Part shown: positions 28,801 to 36,986 of the stretch, piece by piece | Position numbering within the stretch: the first letter of the stretch is position 1 | Layout of the letters: each line of letters starts with the position of its first letter | Origin: Eubacteriales bacterium | GTDB taxonomy: Bacteria; Bacillota; Clostridia; Oscillospirales; CAG-272 | Direction: 5' to 3' | DNA: 64,000 nucleotides | Assembly: GCA_045612105.1 (NCBI GenBank) | Contig: JAZKYL010000113.1 | Location: forward strand, 122,315 to 186,314 | Position numbers and translations under genes: made by a program | The notes under the pieces: model-generated | Database searches by the model: none | What the model was told of the DNA's origin: nothing | Seen by the model: only the letters and a program-made list of their open reading frames with translations

Positions 28801-30864
28801 AATTGCGGTAAACTTAAACCAAGTGAAGGACTGGAATTCACTTTATCATCTGATAAAAAATCCTATTATGTAAGTGGAATTGGAACTTGTACAGATACCG
28901 ATGTTGTGATTCCAGATACATATAATGGTTTACCTGTTACAGAAATTGGAAATAGTGCGTTTAGTGGCTGTATAAATATCAATAGTATAATAATCCCGGA
29001 CAGTGTAATAAGTATTAGTTATAATGCGTTCTACGGTTGTTCAAGCCTTATATACGTATCTTTACCCGATAGTGTTACACAAATTCGTTCTAATGCTTTC
29101 TACAACTGTTCAAGACTTACAAGTATAACTATACCCGATGGTATTACTAGCATTGATTATGGAACGTTTTATAACTGTATTAATCTTACTAGTGTAACCA
29201 TACCTAAAAGTGTTACCTACATTGGTGATAATTCGTTTAAAAATTGCTACAAACTTATAGAGATATACAATCAATCAAACATAACTATTGTCTCTGGTGA
29301 TTCTTATTACAACGGCGGTATTGGTTATTATGCAAAAAACATTTATACTGATACAATCGGAGAAAGTAAACTGATAAATGAGGATGGATACATTTTTTAC
29401 TGTGATGATGAAACAAGCCAATATTATCTTATAGGATATATAGGTACAGAAGCCCAATTAACTTTACCGGATACTATTAACCATAACAAATATGAAATAT
29501 ACATATATGCTTTCTATAATAATGATAAGATTACAACTGTAACCATACCAAACAGTGTCACAAGTATTGGTGGTGGTGCGTTCTATGATTGCACAAGACT
29601 CACAAGCATAACTATCCTAGCTAGCGTAACCAGCATTGGTGGCAGTACGTTCTATGATTGCGCGAACCTCACAAGCATAACTATCCCAGCTAGCGTAACT
29701 AGCATTGGTCAACAAGTTTTTCATGGTTGCTCAAGCCTTGCAAGTATAACTATCCCAGCTAGCGTAACTAGCATTGGTGACAGGGCATTCGGTGGTTGCT
29801 CAAACCTCACAAGCATAACTATCCCAGCTAGCGTAACCAGCATTGGCCAACAAGTTTTTCATGGTTGTTCAAGCCTTGCAAGTATTAATGTTAGTGAAGG
29901 TAACTCTAAATACCACAGTGACGGAAATTGTTTGATAAGTACAAAACAAAAAATGGTAATAGCTGGTTGTAAAAACAGTGTAATTCCTTCTGACGGAAGT
30001 GTTACAAGTATTGGCAATTATGCATTTTCAAATTGCACAACTCTTAAAAACATAACCATTCCTGATAGTATTACAAAAATCTTTGACCATGCTTTTTGGC
30101 TTTGTTCAGGTTTTACAAATATATATATTCCCAATAGTGTATCCGAAATAGGTACATCCGCCTTTCAAGGTTGTTCAAAACTTTTAAGTGTTACTTTCGA
30201 AGAGAATAATCAATCGCTATATTTTTATAGTGGTAGCCAATTCGCAGGATGCTTAAGTCTTACGACCATAAACATTCCTGATGGTGCTACAAGTATTAGC
30301 CATGGTATGTTTAGCGGTTGTTCAAGCCTTACAAGCATAACTATCCCTGATAGTGTTACAAGCATTGGTAATTATGCATTCTCCGGTTGCTCAAGCCTCA
30401 CGAACATAACCATCCCAGACAGTGTCATAAGCATTGGTTCTTCTGCGTTCTCCGGTTGCTCGAGTCTTATGAGCATAACCATCCCAGATAGTGTTACAGT
30501 CATTAGTAATTATGCATTCTACGGTTGCTCAAGCCTTGCGAGCATAGTTATCCCCGACAGTGTCACAAGCATTGGTAATCATGCGTTCTCAGGTTGCAGA
30601 AGCCTTACGAACATAACCATCCCCGACAGTGTCACAAGTATTGGTGAATATGCGTTCTGGGATTGCTCAAGCCTTACGAGCATAAATATCCCCGACGGTG
30701 TCACAAGCATTGGTTCTTGTGCGTTCAATAATTGCTCAAGCCTTAAAACCGTATATTACACCGGAACCGAAGAAGAATGGGCACAGATAAGCATTTCTTC
30801 AAGCGGTAACAATTATCTCACAAACGCAACGATAATCTACAACTACGTTCCCGAGGGGGAATAA
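25873..30864 (+). CDS. 1663-aa surface lipoprotein with Cys/His-rich tandem mini-domains and BspA-type leucine-rich repeats
   Basis: Signal peptide plus lipobox (…VSSLQAC) and a T/E/S-rich linker. About 9 x 68-aa repeats, then about 25 repeats of the '[23 protein letters not shown]' LRR type; AAGGAG SD. Confidence 0.9.
   Translation: [1663 protein letters not shown]
26683..26742 (+). repeat. 4 x 15-bp tandem repeat encoding (L)TTEE linker
   Basis: CTGACAACGGAAGAA-type unit repeated head to tail. Confidence 0.85.
26893..28647 (+). repeat. 8.6 x 204-bp in-frame tandem repeat (68-aa unit)
   Basis: Unit starts fall at 26893, 27097, 27301, 27505, 27709, 27913, 28117, 28321 and 28525, exactly 204 bp apart. 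Degenerate units flank the array (~26776 and 28648-28830). Confidence 0.95.
28900..30770 (+). repeat. BspA-type LRR (LRR_5-like) coding repeats, ~69-bp period with near-identical cassettes
   Basis: Recurrent ITIP(D/A)SVTSIG…F.GCSSL(T/A)S units; several DNA units are nearly identical. Confidence 0.85.
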
Positions 30865-30880
30865 TCGAATAATTTAAGAA

Positions 30881-30907
30881 AGCGCGGGAGTGATCTCGCG
30901 CTTTTGC
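30881..30907 (+). terminator. intrinsic terminator
   Basis: AGCGCGGGAG-tgat-CTCGCGCTTTT. Confidence 0.75.
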
Positions 30908-31000
30908 TATGAATGAGGGAAATTTAAGGTCTTGGGACGCTAAAAGAGGGAATTAAGCTCAATTTTTGCAAAAATCTCGGCAAATATCGTTGAAAATCCC

Positions 31001-31029
31001 TTGACTTTCCCTTGTTTTAATGATATAAT
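31001..31029 (+). promoter_or_regulatory. sigma-A promoter (TTGACT-17-TATAAT) for alaS
   Basis: Hexamers and 17-nt spacer read directly. Confidence 0.6.
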
Positions 31030-31089
31030 ATTATGGTTAAATTATAAAATCGCTAATTATGGCTAAATTTTGAAAGGACGTACACAAAA

Positions 31090-33720
31090 ATGAAGTGGAC
31101 ATCACTCAACGATCTGAGAGAAAAGTATCTCTCCTTCTTTGAATCCAAGGGACATCTTCGTCTCCCTTCCTATTCGCTCGTTCCTCACAATGACAAGTCT
31201 TTGTTACTTATAAACTCGGGCATGGCTCCTATGAAGAAGTTCTTCACGGGCGAGGAAATTCCTCCCAGAAACCGCGTTACCACATGCCAGAAGTGCATTC
31301 GTACTCCTGACCTTGAGCGCGTTGGTCACACTGCGCGTCACGGTACATTCTTCGAGATGCTTGGTAACTTCTCCTTCGGTGACTACTTCAAGGAAGAAGC
31401 TATCGCTTGGTCCTGGGAATTCCTCACCGGTTGGCTTGAGATCCCCGGAGACCTTCTCTGGCCCTCTATCTACGAGAACGACGAGGAGGCTTACGACATC
31501 TGGGTCAATAAGATCGGCGTGAACCCCGCACACGTAGTTCGTCTCGGCAAGGCAGACAACTTCTGGGAGCACGGAAGCGGTCCTTGCGGTCCTTGCTCCG
31601 AGATCTATTTTGACCGCGGTATCAAGTACGGTTGCGGAAGTCCCGACTGTAAGCCCGGTTGCGATTGCGACAGATTTATGGAGATCTGGAACAACGTATT
31701 CTCTCAGTTCAACAACGACGGCAAGGGCAACTACACCGAGCTGGCGCAGAAGAACATCGATACAGGTATGGGTCTTGAGAGACTTGCTTGCGTAATGCAG
31801 GGCGTTGACAATATGTTCGAGGTCGACTCCATCCGTAAGGTCATCGACAAGACCTGCGAGATCGCAGGCAAGAATTACGGCGACAATGCAGAGAACGATA
31901 TCTCTATCCGCGTTGTAACCGACCACTCCAGAAGCGCAATGTTTATGATAAGTGACGGTGTTATCCCCTCCAACGAGGGAAGAGGCTACGTCCTCCGCCG
32001 TATAATCCGCCGCGCTTGCCGCCACGGTAAGCTTCTCGGCATCAATCACCCTTTCCTTGTTGATACCGTTACCGTATCTATTGAAGAGAGCTGCCGCGCT
32101 TACCCCGAGCTTGACGAAAAGCGCGCTTATATCCTCAAGGTCATCGCAATGGAGGAAGAAAGATTCGACGCGACCGTTGATGCAGGTCTTTCCAAGCTCT
32201 CCGAGATGATTGAGGATGCAAAGAAAAACGGAGCAGATCAGCTTTCGGGCGACGATGTATTCAAGCTTTACGATACATTTGGTTTCCCCATTGACCTCAC
32301 CCGTGAAATCGCTGAAGAAAGCGGGCTTGCAATCGACGAGGAGACCTTCAAAGCTCTTATGAAGGAGCAGAGAGACAGAGCGAGAGCCGCAAGAGGCAAC
32401 GTTGGCGGTTGGGACAGCTCCGATAAAGAAATGCTCGCAGGTATTTCCGCTACCGAATTCACCGGCTACACCGAGACCGAGATCGAAGCAAAGGTAGTTG
32501 CTATCATTGCCGACGGTATGCTGGTTGATGAAATAAGCGAGGGCGAATTCACTCTCATTCTCGATAAGACACCTTTCTACGGAGAGGGTGGCGGTCAGGT
32601 TGGTGATACCGGTGTTATCAGCAACGCTGATTTCACCGCAACCGTTCTTGACACCAAGAAGACCGACGGCATCTATCTCCACGTATGTGAGCTGTCCTCC
32701 GGCGCGGTTAAGGTTGGTGACACCGTTACCGCAAGCATTGATAACGCTCGCAGAAACGCTATAAAGAGAAATCACTCCTCGCTCCACCTCCTCCAGGGTG
32801 CACTCCGTCAGGTGCTTGGCACCCACGTTGAGCAGTCCGGCTCTTACGTTGACGCTGAAAGAGGTCGTTTCGACTTTACTCACTTCGCCGCAGTTACCCC
32901 CGACGAGCTTGCAAAGGTTGAGGCTCTTGTAAACGCTACCGTTCTTTCCGGTATCGCGGTTGACACTATTGAAACCGACATCGAGAGCGCAAAGAAGCTT
33001 GGCGCGATGATGCTATTCGGAGAGAAGTACGGCGCAACCGTCAGAGTTGTTAAGATGGGAGACGCTTCCACCGAATTCTGCGGAGGTACTCACGTTGATA
33101 ACACCGCAAAGATCGGTCTTTTCAAGATCTTATCCGAGTCGAGCGTTGCCGCAGGTATTCGTCGTATCGAGGTCGTAACAGGTCTTGGCGTGCTTGATCT
33201 TTTGGCTGCAAAGGACAAGCTGATCTCGGAGACTGCCGCAGAGCTGAAGGTTCAGAACCCCGTTGACATCGCAAAGAAGGCATCTCAGCTTCAGGGCGAG
33301 ATTGCAGGCATGAAGAAGGAGATCGAATCTCTCAACTCCAAGCTTGCCGGCAGTAAGCTTGCAGATGTTCTCGCAGGTGCAGTTTCCGTTGGCTCCGTTA
33401 AGCTCGTTACCTACCTTGCTGACGGCATGGAGATCGATGCCGCAAGAAGCCTTTGTGACAAGATCAAGGCAGAGAACAGTGATATGGTTGCGGTTCTTGC
33501 GGTCAAGTCGGGCGACAAGCTCAACTTTATCGCGGTCGCAGGTAAGGACGCAGTTGCCGCAGGCGCGCATGCGGGCAAGATCGTAGGCGCAGTTGCATCT
33601 GTAACCGGCGGTAAGGGCGGCGGACGTCCCGACAATGCAATGGCAGGCGGACGAGACGCAAATAAGATCGCAGAAGCTCTTGAGAGCGCAAAGGCAACTC
33701 TTGAGGGAATGCTTAAGTAA
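31090..33720 (+). CDS. alaS: alanine--tRNA ligase
   Basis: 876 aa. Class II AlaRS N-terminal pattern (FFESKGH, RHGTFFEMLGNFSFGDYFK), editing-domain HxxxH/CxxxH motifs and a C-terminal DHHA1 domain. Confidence 0.95.
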   Translation: MKWTSLNDLREKYLSFFESKGHLRLPSYSLVPHNDKSLLLINSGMAPMKKFFTGEEIPPRNRVTTCQKCIRTPDLERVGHTARHGTFFEMLGNFSFGDYFKEEAIAWSWEFLTGWLEIPGDLLWPSIYENDEEAYDIWVNKIGVNPAHVVRLGKADNFWEHGSGPCGPCSEIYFDRGIKYGCGSPDCKPGCDCDRFMEIWNNVFSQFNNDGKGNYTELAQKNIDTGMGLERLACVMQGVDNMFEVDSIRKVIDKTCEIAGKNYGDNAENDISIRVVTDHSRSAMFMISDGVIPSNEGRGYVLRRIIRRACRHGKLLGINHPFLVDTVTVSIEESCRAYPELDEKRAYILKVIAMEEERFDATVDAGLSKLSEMIEDAKKNGADQLSGDDVFKLYDTFGFPIDLTREIAEESGLAIDEETFKALMKEQRDRARAARGNVGGWDSSDKEMLAGISATEFTGYTETEIEAKVVAIIADGMLVDEISEGEFTLILDKTPFYGEGGGQVGDTGVISNADFTATVLDTKKTDGIYLHVCELSSGAVKVGDTVTASIDNARRNAIKRNHSSLHLLQGALRQVLGTHVEQSGSYVDAERGRFDFTHFAAVTPDELAKVEALVNATVLSGIAVDTIETDIESAKKLGAMMLFGEKYGATVRVVKMGDASTEFCGGTHVDNTAKIGLFKILSESSVAAGIRRIEVVTGLGVLDLLAAKDKLISETAAELKVQNPVDIAKKASQLQGEIAGMKKEIESLNSKLAGSKLADVLAGAVSVGSVKLVTYLADGMEIDAARSLCDKIKAENSDMVAVLAVKSGDKLNFIAVAGKDAVAAGAHAGKIVGAVASVTGGKGGGRPDNAMAGGRDANKIAEALESAKATLEGMLK

Positions 33721-33726
33721 TTAAAC

Positions 33727-33764
33727 AAAGGGATATTTTATAAAATACGTAAAATATCCCTTAA
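33727..33764 (+). terminator. hairpin, probable terminator
   Basis: AAAGGGATATTTT-n11-AAAATATCCCTT; the T-tail is weak. Confidence 0.5.
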
Positions 33765-33810
33765 TTTATGAATAATGATGTCGAAATTTGACATTTTTAG
33801 GAGGACAGAT

Positions 33811-34551
33811 ATGAGTTGGGGAACCTTCGGCTTAGTTCATATTCTTTCGCTTTTGGCGGCTGCACTTATTATCATAGGATTGTATTTTTCCATTCGCAAG
33901 CTCTCTCTGAAATGGCAGACTTTAATTCTCGGAATACTCTCATTTTCGGGACTTGCCGCGATTATTTATAATCTGGTTGCCTGGAATTCACCTATCGAGT
34001 ATCTTCCGTTCCATCTTTGCTCAATAAATGCGCTTTTATTGCCCATAGTAGTGTTCACAAAAAACAAAACTCTCGGAAATCTTCTGCTTTTCTGGAGTCT
34101 CGGAGCTTTGCTTGCACTTGTCCTGAATACTTCAATGGCTGAAGCCGAGCTTTTCTCGATGCCTTTCTGTTTCTATTATTTCCCGCACGTTTTGGAATTT
34201 GGAATCCCGATCATTCTTTTCAAATTGGGAATAATCAAGAAGGATTTCAAGTGCATTCCATCGACGTTGATAATCACACTTGGTATTTTTATCGTCGTTC
34301 ATTTCATCAACCTTGGTATAAACAATTATTGTGTTACAAACAATGTGGTCGACTATGCGGGGAATATCATTCAGGTCAACTATATGTTCACCATGTTCCA
34401 TGATAATATTCCTTTGCTCACGACCTTTTATGCAATCATACCTTATCCATTCTGGTATCTGCTTTTCGCACTGCCAATAATCGCGATCTATCTCGGTTGT
34501 GTATATCTCAAGCAGATAATAGGGTATTTCAAGTCAAAGAAACAGGCTTAA
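33811..34551 (+). CDS. polytopic integral membrane protein (tentatively YwaF/TIGR02206-like)
   Basis: Seven hydrophobic segments with an 'LPFHLCS' motif. GGAGG SD precedes the ATG at 33811; the track ORF starts at 33775. Confidence 0.65.
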   Translation: MSWGTFGLVHILSLLAAALIIIGLYFSIRKLSLKWQTLILGILSFSGLAAIIYNLVAWNSPIEYLPFHLCSINALLLPIVVFTKNKTLGNLLLFWSLGALLALVLNTSMAEAELFSMPFCFYYFPHVLEFGIPIILFKLGIIKKDFKCIPSTLIITLGIFIVVHFINLGINNYCVTNNVVDYAGNIIQVNYMFTMFHDNIPLLTTFYAIIPYPFWYLLFALPIIAIYLGCVYLKQIIGYFKSKKQA

Positions 34552-34558
34552 TATAATC

Positions 34559-34596
34559 AAAAAGGAGAAAGCTTCGATCGGCTTTCTCCTTTTTGT
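34559..34596. terminator. bidirectional terminator
   Basis: AAAAGGAGAAAGC-n8-GCTTTCTCCTTTTT. Confidence 0.8.
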
Positions 34597-34609
34597 TATT
34601 GAATTTTCG

Positions 34610-34807
34610 TCATTGGATGGACCCAAACACCGTATTTGTTTTTAAAATAGACCCTAAAATTTTTGCCTTCGAAGGAAATTGCCCTTGTAAAGCGACCGTA
34701 GGCACGTCTCTTATAGGTGTCCATTTGAAATCGGTAAGCTGTCTTGATCTCGCTATTATTGCTTTTTCCGCTCGAGTATCCGGAAGAGTGCTATTCAATT
34801 CATTCAT
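34610..34807 (-). CDS. possible 65-aa protein or gene remnant downstream of rpe
   Basis: The ATG lies 4 nt after the rpe stop, with AAAGGGTGA upstream, and the ORF ends at the terminator. No recognisable family, and an ORF overlaps it on the opposite strand. Confidence 0.3.
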   Translation of the reverse strand: MNELNSTLPDTRAEKAIIARSRQLTDFKWTPIRDVPTVALQGQFPSKAKILGSILKTNTVFGSIQ

Positions 34808-34811
34808 TATA

Positions 34812-35483
34812 TCACCCTTTGAATGGGTTCTTTGCGGCGGTGTCCTTCATTTCCTGAATAACTGCCTTTGGCTTCTTTGCCTTGAAGATTGCCGAACCCG
34901 CAACGATAACGTTAGCTCCCGCTGAGGTCAGAAGACCTACGTTCTGCGCGTTGATACCACCGTCAACCTCAATGTCGAGGTTGATTCCGCGCTCGGAAAC
35001 GTATTTGCGAAGCACAGAAACTTTTTCAAGTGTCTCGGGAATAAGCGACTGACCGCCAAATCCGGGCTCAACGGTCATAATAAGTGCCATATCAATGTGA
35101 CCGATAAAGGGGAAGAGATGCTCAACGGGGGTCTTGGGGGAGATTGCCAAAGCAGCCTTCATCTCGTAGGAATGAATGAGGTGAATGACAGACATGGGAT
35201 TCTCGCAAGCCTCGTAGTGAACTGTAATGATGTCAGCACCCGCCTTAACGAAGCGGTCTATGTATCTTTCGGGGCGCTTTATCATAAGATGTACGTCGAA
35301 GATCATATCAGTGGTTTTTCTGATACCCGCAATAAGATCGGGACCGAAGCTTATGTTGGGAACGAAAGCACCGTCCATGATATCAAGGTGAAGATATTGA
35401 GCACCTGCCTCGTCGACTCTCTTAATATCTTCCGCGAGATTTGCGTAATTTGCGGCAAGGAGGGAAGGAGCTATATAGATCAT
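34812..35483 (-). CDS. rpe: ribulose-phosphate 3-epimerase
   Basis: LHLDIMDG, DVHLM, MTVEPGFGGQ and VDGGI motifs. Confidence 0.93.
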   Translation of the reverse strand: MIYIAPSLLAANYANLAEDIKRVDEAGAQYLHLDIMDGAFVPNISFGPDLIAGIRKTTDMIFDVHLMIKRPERYIDRFVKAGADIITVHYEACENPMSVIHLIHSYEMKAALAISPKTPVEHLFPFIGHIDMALIMTVEPGFGGQSLIPETLEKVSVLRKYVSERGINLDIEVDGGINAQNVGLLTSAGANVIVAGSAIFKAKKPKAVIQEMKDTAAKNPFKG

Positions 35484-35682
35484 AAAAATTACCTGACCTT
35501 TCTAAAAAGTTAATTGTCAATTATTGTAGAATTATAGTTTTGAAACGCATAAAATGTCGTAAGGCAACGCTTCGGGGATAGCCTTTTTCGTCGTTAAAGA
35601 AATAGATGTAAACAGATTTTGCAGGGTGTTTCCGTGGCGATTATATAGGGGTCGTCAATTTTTGGCGATCCCATCCGCCAAG

Positions 35683-36156
35683 TCAGACATTTTCAAGCAA
35701 ACAGACCGCATGAGCGGAGATTCCAAGGCCTTCGCCCGTAAATCCAAGCCTTTCCTCGGTTGTTGCCTTTACGCTGACGTTTTCGATATCGGTATCAAGT
35801 ACCCTTGCGATATTTTCTCTCATTTTTTGAATATGAGGTGCCATTTTGGGGGCTTGGGCGATGACCGTGGCATCGATATTGCCGATTTTATATCCTTTTT
35901 GCTTCATTACCTCGGTAACGTGAGAGCAGAGGACTAAGCTATCAGCACCTTTATATGCAGGATCGTTGTCGGGGAACAGCTTTCCAATATCACCGAGACA
36001 GAGTGCGCCAATGATTGCGTCCATTATCGCGTGGACAAGCACGTCCGCATCGGAATGCCCCAAAAGTCCTTTTAAATGGGGAATATCAACACCACCGATT
36101 ATGCATTTTCTGCCCTCGACAAGCCTGTGAACGTCGTAACCGTGTCCTATCCTCAT
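35683..36156 (-). CDS. ispF: 2-C-methyl-D-erythritol 2,4-cyclodiphosphate synthase
   Basis: [10 protein letters not shown] and GHSDADV motifs; 157 aa; ATGA overlap with ispD. Confidence 0.93.
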   Translation of the reverse strand: MRIGHGYDVHRLVEGRKCIIGGVDIPHLKGLLGHSDADVLVHAIMDAIIGALCLGDIGKLFPDNDPAYKGADSLVLCSHVTEVMKQKGYKIGNIDATVIAQAPKMAPHIQKMRENIARVLDTDIENVSVKATTEERLGFTGEGLGISAHAVCLLENV

Positions 36157-36986
36157 TTTTTCTTACCCTTTTTCTCGTTTTCGGATACGTCTGCCTCTGC
36201 CTTAGCGGCAAGCTTTGCCTCTTCGTCGGCTCTCGCGCGGAGAATTGCCTCGGCGAAATAAATGTCCATAGGATCGGTTACCTTGATGTTTTCCCTTGAG
36301 CCTTCTACGAGTTTTACGGGAATGCGGATGTGCTCAAGGAGCGACGCATCGTCGGTTCCTTCGAACTTTTCGTCGCGTGCAATATAGGTAGCCGCACGAA
36401 ACGCGTTGATTTTAAACACCTGGGGGGTTTGCGCCTGCCAGGTCATCTTTCTGTCGGGAGTCTCTTCCACAAACGCGCTCTTATCACCAATCTTTACGGT
36501 ATCGACCGCTTTGATCGCCAACACAGCACCGCCGTGAAGGTATGCTCCATGGCAAGCCTTGTAGATCATTTCACCGGTAACGAGACATCTTGCCGCATCG
36601 TGAATTGCAATATACTTTGATTTATCGTTTACCGCATCCGAGCCGATCCTTGCGGATTCCTGTCTCGTCTCACCGCCTTCAATAACTTTAAACGGTTTTG
36701 TTATTTTATATTCTTCCACAAATCCGTCATATTTTGCTATTTCGTCAGCTTTGGCAACGACTATTATCTCATCAATAAGGGGCGATTTTTCAAACTCAAG
36801 AATAGTTCTGACAACTACGGGCATTCCGCAAAGCTCAAGGAACTGCTTTGTAGAATCTCCACCCATTCTGGTAGAAGAGCCTGCCGCGAGAATGACTGCC
36901 GAGGTATAATATTTTTTGCCCGTTTTGCCGGCTGTCGCGCGCAAGACTTCAGCGACCTTGTGCGCCGTATCTTTTCTTTCTGCCAT
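36153..36986 (-). CDS. ispD: 2-C-methyl-D-erythritol 4-phosphate cytidylyltransferase, with short charged N- and C-terminal extensions
   Basis: [13 protein letters not shown] motif and the IspD fold pattern. Start set at the ATG at 36986 with GGAG SD. The track ORF (to 37052) reads through the upstream repeat element from a TTG. Confidence 0.88.
   Translation of the reverse strand: MAERKDTAHKVAEVLRATAGKTGKKYYTSAVILAAGSSTRMGGDSTKQFLELCGMPVVVRTILEFEKSPLIDEIIVVAKADEIAKYDGFVEEYKITKPFKVIEGGETRQESARIGSDAVNDKSKYIAIHDAARCLVTGEMIYKACHGAYLHGGAVLAIKAVDTVKIGDKSAFVEETPDRKMTWQAQTPQVFKINAFRAATYIARDEKFEGTDDASLLEHIRIPVKLVEGSRENIKVTDPMDIYFAEAILRARADEEAKLAAKAEADVSENEKKGKKK

Noticed and set aside
26893-30770. 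CRISPR-like or other non-coding periodic repeats
   Set aside because: The periods are 204 bp and ~69 bp, the repeats are contiguous with no unique spacers, they are in frame and translate into conserved protein repeats, and no cas genes are present.
30866-31089. T-box leader upstream of alaS
   Set aside because: The spacer holds a terminator for the upstream gene and a promoter only ~60 nt from the ATG. There is no T-box sequence (…GGUGGNACCGCG…), specifier loop or terminator/antiterminator.
31204-32883. 559-aa antisense ORF inside alaS, plus similar long shadow ORFs at 50378..51823, 51908..53029, 8956..9732, 56319..57272, 25144..25872 and 2552..3301
   Set aside because: Each lies fully inside and opposite a gene with clear family motifs. 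Their translations show no recognisable motifs and skewed composition, so they are classic shadow ORFs.
35683-36986. Bifunctional IspDF fusion
   Set aside because: These are two separate ORFs in different frames with an ATGA stop/start overlap at 36153-36156, so they are not fused.
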